Shown here: piece by piece, positions 39,781 through 50,340 of the stretch
How positions within the stretch are numbered: the stretch's first letter is position 1
Layout of the letters: each line of letters starts with the position of its first letter
Source of the DNA: an uncultured Methanosarcinales archaeon
Lineage (GTDB): Archaea > Halobacteriota > Methanosarcinia > Methanotrichales > Methanotrichaceae
Direction of reading: 5' to 3'
DNA length: 64,000 nt
NCBI GenBank assembly: GCA_963843555.1
Contig: CAWJKV010000005.1
Location: 256,001-320,000, forward strand
Program-made: the position numbers and the translations under genes
The notes under the pieces: generated by a model
Database searches by the model: none
Told to the model about the DNA's origin: nothing
The model's input: only the letters and a program-made list of their open reading frames with translations

Positions 39781-40851
39781 TCACGTCACTATCTCGTGAA
39801 GCAGGTTCTTCTCATTTGCCGACTTGATCTCCTGGGCAATGCGCCTGCCGTTAGAGAGTCCGGGCTCGATGAAATCGGTGTAAGGAGAGCCGCTGATATA
39901 GAGATTGGTTCCTGCAACGATGCGAGCCGATATCTCGAAGACCTTGAACTCCAGCTCGTCGGTGACAATTGTCTCCAGGCTGAAAGCCCCCACCATACCT
40001 CCGAAGAGATCCAGACTGGTTTCCACGACCCTCTCGCCCAGCTCGAAGGCCCGGGGAAGGAGCGACTCGCGCAGCACAAGCGGCAGGTTGCCTGTTACAA
40101 CGAAGCTTGGATAGATGCCTGCCTCTGCCAGCTCTTTCATGCTTCCGATGCGAAAGATCTCGTCTGCATTTGATTCCACGCGCCGGTCGATGCCCAGCAT
40201 CTCCAAAGATCCCTTGCTCAGCCGGTATCCTTCCGACTTTATGGGCGAGTAGAAGAAATGAATATAGTATCTGGTGCCGAGGATGAACTCCTGGATGGTG
40301 TACTTCTCTTGGGTGCTCATCTTCGATTGCAGCTCTTCTTTCGTCTTAGCGATGAAAAATCCCCGCCCGCCTTTGGCACCATGATACTTGACTATGACCG
40401 GCCGGTCGATATCCTCTGCCTTTTCAAATCGCATGGGAACATTGACTCCAGCCTTGAGGAGCCATTCGCGCTCCATCTCCCTGTCGCTCTCCCATGCCAG
40501 GACGCGGCGGTTGCCGAAAGTGGGAACTGCCAGGGACTCGAACCTCTCTATTCCTAAATACTCGACAAGAGAGCCATGGGGGATTATGATGACATTCTCA
40601 TCCACGAGATCATTTGCACAACCCAGAAGTGCCTTGTAGCTCTCTACACTGACGAACTTATCCGGCTTGGCCAGTGGGAAAGCATCGTAGAACCGGGGCG
40701 GCCGGCCGATGCAGATGCCTACGGTCTTGAAGCCCTCCTGGCGCGCGCCATGAAAGATTTGCAGGCTGCTGTGAGAGCAGATGGTAGCGATGGTAAGATC
40801 GTCTTTGTCGTATCCTTTCAAAATCTCCTGGATATCTTCTTTAGAAATCAT
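39781..40851 (-). CDS. purP: Formate-dependent AICAR ligase (FAICAR synthetase)
   Basis: IATICSHSSLQIFHGARQEGF, IIPHGS, GAKGGRGFF, FEISARIVAGTN. Confidence 0.92.
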   Translation of the reverse strand: MISKEDIQEILKGYDKDDLTIATICSHSSLQIFHGARQEGFKTVGICIGRPPRFYDAFPLAKPDKFVSVESYKALLGCANDLVDENVIIIPHGSLVEYLGIERFESLAVPTFGNRRVLAWESDREMEREWLLKAGVNVPMRFEKAEDIDRPVIVKYHGAKGGRGFFIAKTKEELQSKMSTQEKYTIQEFILGTRYYIHFFYSPIKSEGYRLSKGSLEMLGIDRRVESNADEIFRIGSMKELAEAGIYPSFVVTGNLPLVLRESLLPRAFELGERVVETSLDLFGGMVGAFSLETIVTDELEFKVFEISARIVAGTNLYISGSPYTDFIEPGLSNGRRIAQEIKSANEKNLLHEIVT

Positions 40852-40988
40852 GGTGATAACCCTTTGTTCTATGACCTATGAAACTTCAGGGTTGGCACAA
40901 AGGTAGATAAGCTCTTCGGAGACGATCAACCAAAAACCCTCCCGTCCAGATCGATGAGCTTAAAAATGTAAGATAAGTAGAATATATC

Positions 40989-41510
40989 ATGTTGGCATCG
41001 AAGAAAAGGGAGACAAAAGAGACCCGCATCGACGTAATTCTGGAGACCGACGGCGCGGGCGTCACTGAAGTCGACACAAAAATCGAGCTCCTGGATGAGA
41101 TCCTGCGAGCGTTCGGCAGAGGTGCGCTCTTTGATCTGACAGTCATTGCCAGGGGCGATCTGGAGACTGGGGACCACCACACCACCGAGGACGTAGGCAT
41201 CGCCCTGGGAGGGGCGCTGGCCCAGGTCATAAAAAGCGGCATTGGAAGCTCAATTGTTCCATCAGGCCAGGCCATGGCCACGGTGGCAGTGCGCTTCGGC
41301 GAGCCGGGATACCGTGGGGATTTCGATCTGCAGTCCGGGAGTGTCGCAGGCATGAATTTGGAGACCTTCAGCCACTTCCTTCGGGCTTTGGCTTATAATG
41401 GCCGGTTCTCCTTAGTCGTTCGCGCGGAAGGAGGCGACGATCGGAGCAAGATAGAGACCATAAGCCTGGCACTGGGAAGAGCGATGAAAAAGGCAGCACG
41501 CGACGTATAG
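40989..41510 (+). CDS. Imidazoleglycerol-phosphate dehydratase-like protein (second metal motif lost)
   Basis: RETKETRI, GDLETGDHHTTEDVGIALG; second NxHHxxE reads DDRSKIE. Confidence 0.75.
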   Translation: MLASKKRETKETRIDVILETDGAGVTEVDTKIELLDEILRAFGRGALFDLTVIARGDLETGDHHTTEDVGIALGGALAQVIKSGIGSSIVPSGQAMATVAVRFGEPGYRGDFDLQSGSVAGMNLETFSHFLRALAYNGRFSLVVRAEGGDDRSKIETISLALGRAMKKAARDV

Positions 41511-41585
41511 ATCAATATCTTGGTGGATCAAAGCATAACTGCCGATGTGGACCAATTATCGATTTGAAAAATTAAGTGCGGAGCC

Positions 41586-44510
41586 CTAGCCCCTGCGTCG
41601 AGCATAGGCTCCAGCGACAAAGGCAGCCAATGTTGCCATGATTCCCAGAGTGTCGCTCTTCTTGGAGGCGGAGCCATCCGCTGCAATGGAAATAGAGCCG
41701 TTGGTTATAGTTTCTGGATCAAAGCCGCTCGTGCTTGTAATATTGAGGTCAACTGTCACATTCTCTTTTTCTGCTGCAGTGTTCCTGGCGGCAAAGGTGA
41801 GATTGGCGGCACCGCAGCCTTCCGGCAGAAGGACGGTTATCGTTCCTGGATTCGATTCCACCTGCCAGGTGGGTTTGCACTCTCCCTCAATGCCCGTGGC
41901 CTTCACGATGGAGGCATCATAAGAGATACCTATTCTCTTCTCACTGCCATTAACTGGGGCCTCAAGTGGAATGGTAACGCTTTCTCCCGCAAGGGCTTCA
42001 GCCGAGCCCAGGGATACCCCACGCACCTCTGCAGGAGTCACGTTGAAGAACTCTCCAAAAGCCTGAATGGCATTGACGGCGTTCTCTACCCTTACCCGCA
42101 GCTCGTATCGACCGGGTTTGGCCGCCACTGTGACGGCATGAGGCTCCAAGACCGCCAACGTCCCCTGCAGCGTATGATTTATGCCGCTTGGAACCAATTT
42201 TCCATCAATGACATCATAAAACTGCAGAATGCTCCTTTCGGGCTCAATTTTGAGGAAATCCTTTCTGCTGCTCTCATTGGTTATCATGACATCATAGTCC
42301 ATGCCAGCATCTATTCTACCGTATTCACTGCGGGAAATGTAATAGACAGATTTGCCGCTCGTGATTCTGCTGATTCTTCCCGTGGAGTTGAATACAACCC
42401 CAACCTGCACCGGAGGCACAGATTGGTCCAGGTAAAGCAATCCCGGCACGGAGCTCTCGCCTGCATCCATAATAAAGCTCTTATCATCGCTGAGCTGCAG
42501 AGTCGTTGCATTCCAGTTCCAGCCAAATACCCAGATATCTCTCGAGCCCAGGCCTGAGGCAGTGATATCTCCGGCGAAGACGGTTTTATTACTTGAATCC
42601 AGTATATCTGCTGTAACCTGACTAATCTCTGCTGCCTGAACGACCATGGAAAAGTTCGCTGCGGCTCCTGAAGTTACGTTGTCTGGCTTTTTGATCAGGG
42701 GCGGCTCTGGCCGGGGAACAACATATGCCGCGGTGTAAAGATAATACCGAAGCGTATCGTTGTCCGCCACCCGGATGTTCATTCCCGGCCCGAGGGAGAT
42801 CGTTGAGTCGCGATTGAGATTGATATAGTCGTCGTTGAACATGAATATCCCAAACGGTTGAACGGATACGATTCTGAGATCCGCCAATTGCAGACCCGGC
42901 TCGACGGAAAGAACTTCTTGATCAGAGATCTGGAAAACGCCATCGATGGTTGCAATGCTCTTCGTCCCATTGCGGAAGACATTGTTGAGATGCACCATTA
43001 TTATCGGCAGGTCTTTGACGTCACCCAGATCCCTTTTATAAATATAGGTCGAGTTGGATTTAACTACCGAGCTCTCAACCGGCATGCCATCTTTTAAAAG
43101 CTGGAGAAAGATGCTGTCATTTCCCACGTCGCGAATACGCATTTCATAGCCTTCCTGAAGAGAATAATTGCCGGCAAGGATTATTGCCTGCGGCTCTATG
43201 TCCCAGAGCACCTTTCCCAGGTATTCGTGCTCCAGCAAACTCTTGGTCGCTTTTCGGCCTTCAATGCTGGAATCGTATCCTGCGAACCACTGCGATCCCA
43301 GGAAGCTTATGACATAGTATTGTCCCCAGGAATCGAATTCAAATTTCTTGGGCTGGAGTAATGTGTTATACTGAAAACCCTCCGGAACCGGATTATTGCT
43401 CTCCCTATTTGAATTATTCAGGAAAATAGAGGGTACCCTTCTGCCTTGAACATTATGAAGGATGAGAGTCTCCTCGCCCAGACTCTTCGTAGGGTCGAAG
43501 TAAAATCCGCTGTAATTTTGGGAATTCCACCTGGCTATGGCGGGAAGATTCTCGTCGCCCTGACTAATAGATACGGAAGGATTACCATCAAAGGCCGGAC
43601 CCCTTATTTCGTGGATTCCGTAATCGAAGATAGCACCCACGGGATAATAGGCCAGATCCGGCTGATCAAGCACAATTATTCCCAGATCCGGTGTCAGTGG
43701 AACCACAGAATCTCTGCGGAGGGTGAGAGCTTTGCTATTTCGAAACTCAATGCCATCTTCAGAGAGATCATTAAGCTCCATGTTGCCTAACTGGCCGCCC
43801 TCAAAGAGCCTGATGTCGGGGAGATCGCTGATCTGAAATATTCCGTCCACCTGGGCAAATCCGTCATCCTCTCCTTTCATGGCATCGGCCAGATGGACCA
43901 GTATCACCGGGACATCATTTACCTTGTAAGTGAATGTATCACCAAGGCTTACCACTGAACCGTATATCGGCTTTCCATTTTTTAAAAGAATGAAGTTAAC
44001 GGCTCCATCCTTGCGGGAGGTTTCCACTGCAGCCAGCTCGTAGCCATATGCGAGGGGAAGAGTGCGGTTATAGCTCAGGGTGTAGGTCTCTTTTTCATCC
44101 TTGAGTATCTCTCTCAGCTCTCCTTTGTCAAGAGAGCTGACCTCTTCGGTAATAGAGCTCTCCGGATAGCCGGCCAGATAGAGCTTGCCCAGGAATGCCA
44201 CCGCATAATAGCTGCCCCAGGGCTCATACTCAAACGGTCTCGACCATGCTTTAGAAGTGTAGACGATTTGGCCTTTTTCTGCAGACCTTTCCTGGAGGCC
44301 TATTTTTAGCTGCTCGCCACCTTCGGCTTTGTCCAAGTCATAGTAGAACCAGCCGAAGTCAGCTGCGCCCCAAGTCCCGTCGCCATTGCTAGTATGACCT
44401 CGTACCTCGACAGCCTCTACAGGCTCTTGCGCCGATGCCGCAGAAAGAAGCACGATATGCATAGCTATGATTGCCAATGCAACCATCAACCAGATTTTCC
44501 TGATCTCCAT
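41586..44510 (-). CDS. S-layer protein with two DUF1608-like domains and a C-terminal membrane anchor
   Basis: Signal peptide; FGWFYYDLD and YSGFYFDP; WG[SQ]YY..FLG; DG[IV]FQISD twice; C-terminal TM + RRRG. Confidence 0.88.
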   Translation of the reverse strand: MEIRKIWLMVALAIIAMHIVLLSAASAQEPVEAVEVRGHTSNGDGTWGAADFGWFYYDLDKAEGGEQLKIGLQERSAEKGQIVYTSKAWSRPFEYEPWGSYYAVAFLGKLYLAGYPESSITEEVSSLDKGELREILKDEKETYTLSYNRTLPLAYGYELAAVETSRKDGAVNFILLKNGKPIYGSVVSLGDTFTYKVNDVPVILVHLADAMKGEDDGFAQVDGIFQISDLPDIRLFEGGQLGNMELNDLSEDGIEFRNSKALTLRRDSVVPLTPDLGIIVLDQPDLAYYPVGAIFDYGIHEIRGPAFDGNPSVSISQGDENLPAIARWNSQNYSGFYFDPTKSLGEETLILHNVQGRRVPSIFLNNSNRESNNPVPEGFQYNTLLQPKKFEFDSWGQYYVISFLGSQWFAGYDSSIEGRKATKSLLEHEYLGKVLWDIEPQAIILAGNYSLQEGYEMRIRDVGNDSIFLQLLKDGMPVESSVVKSNSTYIYKRDLGDVKDLPIIMVHLNNVFRNGTKSIATIDGVFQISDQEVLSVEPGLQLADLRIVSVQPFGIFMFNDDYINLNRDSTISLGPGMNIRVADNDTLRYYLYTAAYVVPRPEPPLIKKPDNVTSGAAANFSMVVQAAEISQVTADILDSSNKTVFAGDITASGLGSRDIWVFGWNWNATTLQLSDDKSFIMDAGESSVPGLLYLDQSVPPVQVGVVFNSTGRISRITSGKSVYYISRSEYGRIDAGMDYDVMITNESSRKDFLKIEPERSILQFYDVIDGKLVPSGINHTLQGTLAVLEPHAVTVAAKPGRYELRVRVENAVNAIQAFGEFFNVTPAEVRGVSLGSAEALAGESVTIPLEAPVNGSEKRIGISYDASIVKATGIEGECKPTWQVESNPGTITVLLPEGCGAANLTFAARNTAAEKENVTVDLNITSTSGFDPETITNGSISIAADGSASKKSDTLGIMATLAAFVAGAYARRRG

Positions 44511-44580
44511 TCACCTCTCAAGAATCATTGCTGGATAAGCTGTATATCCTATGGGGATACCACAAACGAAGCGGAGTTAG

Positions 44581-45381
44581 ATGTCATCTATTAAACACGT
44601 TGCGATATACGGCAAAGGTGGTATCGGCAAGTCGTGCACTGCCTCGAACGTCGCCGCCGCCTGTGCCGAAGAAGGCCATAAGGTGCTGGTTGTAGGTTGC
44701 GACCCGAAGAGCGATTCGAGCATAACTCTGGTGGGCAGAAGGATTCCCACCATGATGGATCTCATTTTACGGGGTGGAGAGATTGCAGAAAAGGATGTGG
44801 TCTTTCAAGGATACAGAGGAGTGAAGTGCATTGAGGTCGGAGGGCCGGAGCCGGGCGTGGGATGCGCCGGCCGGGGGATAATCGTCGCCATCGATTTCCT
44901 GCGCAAGGTCTCCAAGGCTATGGAAGAGGTGGACCTGGTGCTTTACGATGTGCCGGGGGACATTGTGTGCGGCGGATTCTCTGCGCCCATCCGCAAGGGG
45001 TTGGTGAGCCAGGCTTACATCATCACCTCCGGAGAGTACATGCCTCTTTATGCCGCGAACAATATCAGTAAAGGCTTACTGCGCTTGAACACGCCTCTGG
45101 CGGGAGTGATCTGCAACTCACGTGAGGCTGCTGGAGAGCGGGAGAAGGAGATTGTGGAGAAATTTGCCAGGGAGCTGAAGAGCCGCCTCGTAGCATTCAT
45201 TCCCAAAGAACCCATAGTCCAGCAGTGCGAGAGGAGAGCCGTGACTGTCATCGAGGGTGCGCCCGACTCGAAGATTGCCGACGTCTATCGCGCCCTGGCC
45301 AGAGAGATCATGTCTGGCGCCTCCCCCCAAATCCCGCAGCCACTCAGCGATGAGCGGCTCCGGGAGTTATCCTGCGATTGA
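44581..45381 (+). CDS. cfbC: Ni-sirohydrochlorin a,c-diamide reductive cyclase, NifH-like subunit
   Basis: [54 protein letters not shown]; next to cfbB. Confidence 0.9.
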   Translation: MSSIKHVAIYGKGGIGKSCTASNVAAACAEEGHKVLVVGCDPKSDSSITLVGRRIPTMMDLILRGGEIAEKDVVFQGYRGVKCIEVGGPEPGVGCAGRGIIVAIDFLRKVSKAMEEVDLVLYDVPGDIVCGGFSAPIRKGLVSQAYIITSGEYMPLYAANNISKGLLRLNTPLAGVICNSREAAGEREKEIVEKFARELKSRLVAFIPKEPIVQQCERRAVTVIEGAPDSKIADVYRALAREIMSGASPQIPQPLSDERLRELSCD

Positions 45382-45447
45382 ACTGTAGGGATAAAGAAGC
45401 CGGAAAGGTAAGTGAGAAAAGGACGAGAGCAATGGAAGTGTGAAATA

Positions 45448-46831
45448 ATGAAGGCCGACTGCGCCCGGGTTTTGCTGGCAGGCGATAGAAGCTCCAGCGG
45501 CAAGACCACCATAGTTGCCGGTCTGCTCTCCGCCCTGCGTGGTCGCGGCCAGGTAGTGCAGCCCTTCAAGGTTGCCATGGACTACATCGATCCCAGCTAT
45601 CACACCTGGATCACCGGGAGGAGCTGCCGCAACCTGGATGGCTATCTCATGCCAGAAAAGGCAGTTCGGGAGATATACGCCCACGCAGCTTCAGGCGCGG
45701 ATGTGGCAGTGATCGAGGGTGTGCGGGGCCTTTACGAGGGTTACGACGGGGACCTGGGCTCGACGGCCCAGATCGCCAAGATGCTTAATGTGCCCGTCAT
45801 CTTCGTAGTGGACGCACGCAGCATAACGCGCAGCTGTGCCGCGCTTGTGAAGGGCTACATGGATTTCGACCCCGAGGTTCAGTTTAAGGGGGTCATACTG
45901 AACAAAGTTGGGTCAGCGAGGCATGCCGAGAAGGCCACAAAGGAGATAGAGCGCTACGCAGGCGTGGAAGTGGTGGGCGTTATCCGCCGCAATGACGACA
46001 TGCACCTGGCCATGCGGCACCTGGGACTGGTGCCCGTGCTGGAGGGCAAGACCCGTCACGAGGGTTTCCAAGAGAGAGTGGATCGGATCCGCCAGATCGT
46101 AGAGGATGGGCTGGACCTGGATCGCATTCAGGAGATTGCCAGGTCTGCGGAGCCTCTACCTGAAGCAGAGATCGACCTCTACCGGGAGAGCAGTCTCGGG
46201 AAAGGCATTAGCATCGGCGTGGCCAGGGACGAGGCTTTCAACTTCTACTACCGGGACAACCTGGAGCTGATGGAGCTGGCCGGAGCCAGGGTGGTTCCTT
46301 TCAGCCCGGTGCACGATGCTAGCCCTGCCGGACGTGGACGGCATCTACATCGGCGGTGGTTATCCTGAACTCTATGCCCGTGAGCTATCCGAAAACCGGA
46401 GGATGATCAGCTCGCTGGAGAAAGCGCACGAGAAGGATCTGCCCATTTACGCCGAATGCGGCGGGCTGATGTACCTCGCGCGTGAGATAGAATGGGATGG
46501 CGAGCGGCAGGAGATGGTCGGCCTGGTTCCTGGAAAGGCCAGGCGGGGAAAAAATCGCATAGTCAGCTATGTGCATGGCCGCATTGAGAAGGACTGTCCG
46601 CTCGGGCCCGCAGGCTCCCCGATCATGGGCCATGAGTTCCACCATTCCGAGATGCTGATGGATGAGAAGGTGAATTACGCCATCCATCTTGAGCGGGGCA
46701 CGGGCATCGAAGGCGGACATGATGGCGTGTGCGAGGGCAATATGGTGGCCAGCTACGCTCATATTCATAGCGCATCTTTCCGGGGATTTCCTGCCAACTT
46801 CATCAAAGCTTGCCGGGGGAGAAAGGAATAA
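45448..46831 (+). CDS. cfbB: Ni-sirohydrochlorin a,c-diamide synthase; frameshift ~46325
   Basis: AGDRSSSGKTT, FKVAMDYIDPSYH, IEGVRGLYEG, MRHLGL, YAECGGLMYL, GHEFHHS. Confidence 0.88.
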
Positions 46832-46938
46832 AAGAGCCAACTGTAGATCGAAGTTCTAGATCGAATTTTTTCTTAAGATGCCAATGTTCGCTTTTGATTG
46901 TGATTACTGAAGGACAAAGAGCATAGCTCCATAGATTG

Positions 46939-47158
46939 TTCCCCGCGGACGCAGGGGGGGCCTGCACGGCCATAAGTCGGGCCGTCAACCCCAGCGCGTA
47001 GCACCGCGCGGAACCCCGGAAGAAGTTGTGGGACAATTTTTGTAGCGAATTAGAATTCATTTAACTGTAAATAGGATCTATCTGATGCTTGCAGGGAAAA
47101 CGTGAGCACATTCTTCCGGGGCGCCGCTCCAGGCCGCGGCCGGCCGAGCGACGGCGGT
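46939..47158. repeat. GC-rich palindromic intergenic element
   Basis: Three adjacent hairpins, 11-bp inverted repeat CCCCGGAAGAA (47014-24)/TTCTTCCGGGG (47111-21), another GC hairpin. Confidence 0.55.
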
Positions 47159-47326
47159 TAAGCTACAGACTAAAAAGAGAGCAGCCCTTTCTTGACCATG
47201 AGACAATAGAGCTCACAGAGCGCCCAGAGTGCCCAGAGCAAAGCCTCTTGAAATAGCGAAGGCACACATTCAACGCGCAGGTATTTATCGAATGCTGGAC
47301 TTATTTTATCACAAGGTGATTTAGTT

Positions 47327-47731
47327 ATGGTAAAGATGCCAGCAGAAGTCAGGGAGACCCTGGAGAAGCAAAAGCCCATACCAATTGCCACAGCGAGCAA
47401 GTCGGGAGTTCCCAACGTGGTCTTTGTGGGACTGTTGAAGATCATAGACGATGAGACGCTCATGTTGGCGGACAACTTCTTCCTCAAGACCGCTCAGAAC
47501 CTGATGGATAACCCCAAGATCGCCATCCTATGCTACAACAGCGAAACGAAGAAGTCCTTCCAGATCAAAGGCAATGTAACGCTCTGCAAAGAGGGCGAGA
47601 ACTTCGCCGCGATGAAGTCCTGGGTGCACGGAATCAATGACAAGCTGCCGGCCAAGTCTTGCGTCATGGTCAAGATCACAGAGATCTACAACGCCATGTG
47701 GGGACCGGCTGCAGGGAAGCAGATCGCCTGA
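47327..47731 (+). CDS. Pyridoxamine 5'-phosphate oxidase family FMN-binding protein
   Basis: IATASKSGVPNVV, ADNFFLKTAQNL, SFQIKG; GGTGA SD. Confidence 0.9.
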   Translation: MVKMPAEVRETLEKQKPIPIATASKSGVPNVVFVGLLKIIDDETLMLADNFFLKTAQNLMDNPKIAILCYNSETKKSFQIKGNVTLCKEGENFAAMKSWVHGINDKLPAKSCVMVKITEIYNAMWGPAAGKQIA

Positions 47732-47766
47732 GACGATAACGCTTCTATCTTTTTTTCCGGCATTCC

Positions 47767-49518
47767 TCATGGCTCAGAGTCGCCTGTGAATCCAAGTTCC
47801 TTTGCCCTGGAAAACGCCTCTTCCGCTTCTGTATCGCGATGAAGTAGCTTGAGAACTGAACCTCTGTTATGCCAGGCTTGGGAGTGTTGAGGATTGAACT
47901 CGATCGCTTTTTCATAGGAGGCCAATGCATTCTCGGCTTGGTTCAATTTGACAAACGCACCACCCTTGTTGTTCCAGGCATCTGAATCCTGAGGATCAAG
48001 CTCAATTGCTTTATTATAGGCAGCCAAGGCGTCCTCAGGCCGATTCAATTTGCCATACGCAACACCTTTGTTGTACCAGGCTACATGCAATTGAGGATTG
48101 AGCTCGATAGCTTTGTCAAAGGCTGCTAGTGCATCCTCGGATCGGTTCAATTTGGCAAGTATGATACCCTTATTGTACCAAGCATCGAAATTCTGTGGAT
48201 TGAGCTCGATCGCACTTTCATATGCCTTCATGGAATTCTCGAGCTGGTTCAATTTGCCAAGTACATTACCCTTATTGTATCTGGCATCGGAATTTTGAGG
48301 ATCGAGCTTGATCGCTCTCTCGTAGGCGACAAGTTCCTCTTCGGGCCGGTTCAATTCGCCGAGCACAACGCCCTTATTGTACCATGCCTTGGAATCCTGA
48401 GGATTGAACTCGATCGCTTTATCAAAGGCAGCAAGAGCATTCTCATTTTCACCTATCAGCCAAAACGTAAATCCAAGGCCGAACGACCCCAGGTCTATTT
48501 TGAATTTTCTCACGATCTTGAATATTTTCTTCGTCTCGGTGTAGTCTTTTTTCTCCACATAAACAAATCCAAGGGCTCCTAACATTTCTATGGCTTTGTT
48601 GTATTCTTTTTCTGAATACACTGCTCTGATGCAGCTCCTCTTGGATCTCCTCAGATCTCTTGCACTGCCCGTCTGCGTATAATTGTAATAGGCCTCCAGC
48701 GCCTTTGTGAAGTGCATGAATCCACGCCATGTCTTTGCGGAAACACCCAAATTGGAATCAGCTAAAGCCAGATCAAAAGCGATCTTGAAGGAGAGATCTC
48801 TGATCAAGCCAGGGATGCAATCTTCCAAAGCAGGTCCACCTGCTTTTGGACCTTGCCTGACCTCCCAGGCCTGGATCTTTCTGCCCTCCAGACAGGCGGC
48901 GAGTTCGATCAAAGAACCGAAGCAGCCCAGGGAACCGGTGAGGATTGGCACAGGCTCGCTCCCCGGGCATAGCCTCTTGAAGGTGACAATAAGGCTTCCG
49001 ATGGATAGCGTTGTGGAGCCATTTCCCACTGTTCCCATATCAGCTATGCTGTAATCCAGGGTCTCACTTCTGGGAACTATCGCCGGAATCCTCAGATTCT
49101 CCGCCGTCACAGAAATCCCCTCGAATTTATGACTGTGAACATTCAATATTCTCTGGAGCTCGCCGGTTAGAAGATCGGAAACCAACTTCCCGTTGTATTT
49201 TCCTTGCTCATTGCCAGAGGTCTCGAAAGGCATGATGACAAGGCCCTCCTCCTTCTTGAAGACCCTGCGAACAAGAAGGATCATGAAGGCCAAGAGAAGA
49301 AGAAATGCAGCGATCTTCAGAAGGTTGAATGTTATATCGCTGATTATATCGCTGATTATATTCAGTGAGCTAAAAAACCACTCCATGGAGAGAAAAGTCC
49401 TGAACCACCAAAAGAATACATTGCCAAGAGAGTCACCTATCTGGGAGAGAATTTCCAGAAAAAAAAGACGTATTGTAGATTTTCGTCCACGCTTGATTTG
49501 GGGTGGCCTGGGATGCAT
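47767..49518 (-). CDS. Membrane-anchored TPR protein
   Basis: TM segment then about seven DKAIELNPQ..AWYNKG TPRs. Confidence 0.88.
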   Translation of the reverse strand: MHPRPPQIKRGRKSTIRLFFLEILSQIGDSLGNVFFWWFRTFLSMEWFFSSLNIISDIISDITFNLLKIAAFLLLLAFMILLVRRVFKKEEGLVIMPFETSGNEQGKYNGKLVSDLLTGELQRILNVHSHKFEGISVTAENLRIPAIVPRSETLDYSIADMGTVGNGSTTLSIGSLIVTFKRLCPGSEPVPILTGSLGCFGSLIELAACLEGRKIQAWEVRQGPKAGGPALEDCIPGLIRDLSFKIAFDLALADSNLGVSAKTWRGFMHFTKALEAYYNYTQTGSARDLRRSKRSCIRAVYSEKEYNKAIEMLGALGFVYVEKKDYTETKKIFKIVRKFKIDLGSFGLGFTFWLIGENENALAAFDKAIEFNPQDSKAWYNKGVVLGELNRPEEELVAYERAIKLDPQNSDARYNKGNVLGKLNQLENSMKAYESAIELNPQNFDAWYNKGIILAKLNRSEDALAAFDKAIELNPQLHVAWYNKGVAYGKLNRPEDALAAYNKAIELDPQDSDAWNNKGGAFVKLNQAENALASYEKAIEFNPQHSQAWHNRGSVLKLLHRDTEAEEAFSRAKELGFTGDSEP

Positions 49519-49737
49519 TAACGAGATCGGAATTGGCTGCCAATGATTCCAGGAAAATAAGCGAATGGTTCGTCTATCTTCAACTCCCTCGCGTAGAAAA
49601 ATGAGACTTAAGGTAAATTAAACTATCGACATTAATCAAAATCTGATCCAAGTTTAATCCTGTCACAATAGCAGCAACGAAAACATTCAAAGGATAGAAA
49701 GATCTTGAAACAGGGAACATGGGGGAAGTGTGATTTA

Positions 49738-50019
49738 GTGGCCTTTAGAATAATGATCTCTCCTCGGGCTCAAAAATACCTAAAGAGCCTGGATAAAAGG
49801 GAGGCAGGAATGATTAGAGAGAGCATTGATGAACTGAGGGATGATCCCTTTACACCCAGGCCAGAGTGCGATATTATTAAGGAAAAAGGAAAGAGGCCGC
49901 CACTTTATAGACTGAGAGTAGGAAGGCATCGCGCAGAGTACTTCATTGAAGATGATACAATTTTCGTATCGAGAATGTTTCTGCGGTCTGGCGATTCAGA
50001 TTACAGGGTAAGGTTATAA
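49738..50019 (+). CDS. RelE/ParE family toxin
   Basis: ISPRAQKYLKSLD, LRDDPF, YRLRVGRHR. Confidence 0.85.
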   Translation: MAFRIMISPRAQKYLKSLDKREAGMIRESIDELRDDPFTPRPECDIIKEKGKRPPLYRLRVGRHRAEYFIEDDTIFVSRMFLRSGDSDYRVRL

Positions 50020-50055
50020 ATAAAAAGACGAATGAATTGAGATAGAGAGGTTAAA

Positions 50056-50187
50056 ATGGCTGCCGAGATTAGCAGAGAAGTCCTCACCAAAGAGGAAGAA
50101 TACGCCGATGCTGAATACAGGCGCTTCCTTAAGGAAAAAAGCAAGTATGTAGATTTTGATGATTTTTGCCGCCAAGAAGGAATTTAG
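50056..50187 (+). CDS. 43-aa charged peptide, probable antitoxin
   Basis: Manual translation MAAEISREVLTKEEEYADAEYRRFLKEKSKYVDFDDFCRQEGI*; GAGAGG SD. Confidence 0.65.
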   Translation: MAAEISREVLTKEEEYADAEYRRFLKEKSKYVDFDDFCRQEGI

Positions 50188-50340
50188 AAAGCGGTTCCAC
50201 GATCTAATTCATAAATTTATATTATTTTTGCTCGTAGCTTCTGGGTAGTTATGCAGTTGGGCACATCGAAAGGCTCTCTGGAAATATCGCTATTATCGAA
50301 GCAGGTCCGCAATTCATTCGGAACTGCAAAGCCAAGAGAT

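Noticed and set aside
44581..45381. Nitrogenase nifH
   Set aside because: Adjacent to cfbB, no nifDK nearby, and motifs fit the F430 biosynthesis CfbC clade.
46939..47158. SRP RNA or RNase P RNA
   Set aside because: No SRP helix-8 motif or RNase P GAGGAAAGUCC-like motif found on either strand, and the AT-rich core does not fit.
47205..47240. Short CAGAG-containing tandem repeats (CACAGAG CGCCCAGAG TGCCCAGAG)
   Set aside because: Only three or four degenerate 9-nt units with no linked gene; insufficient support.
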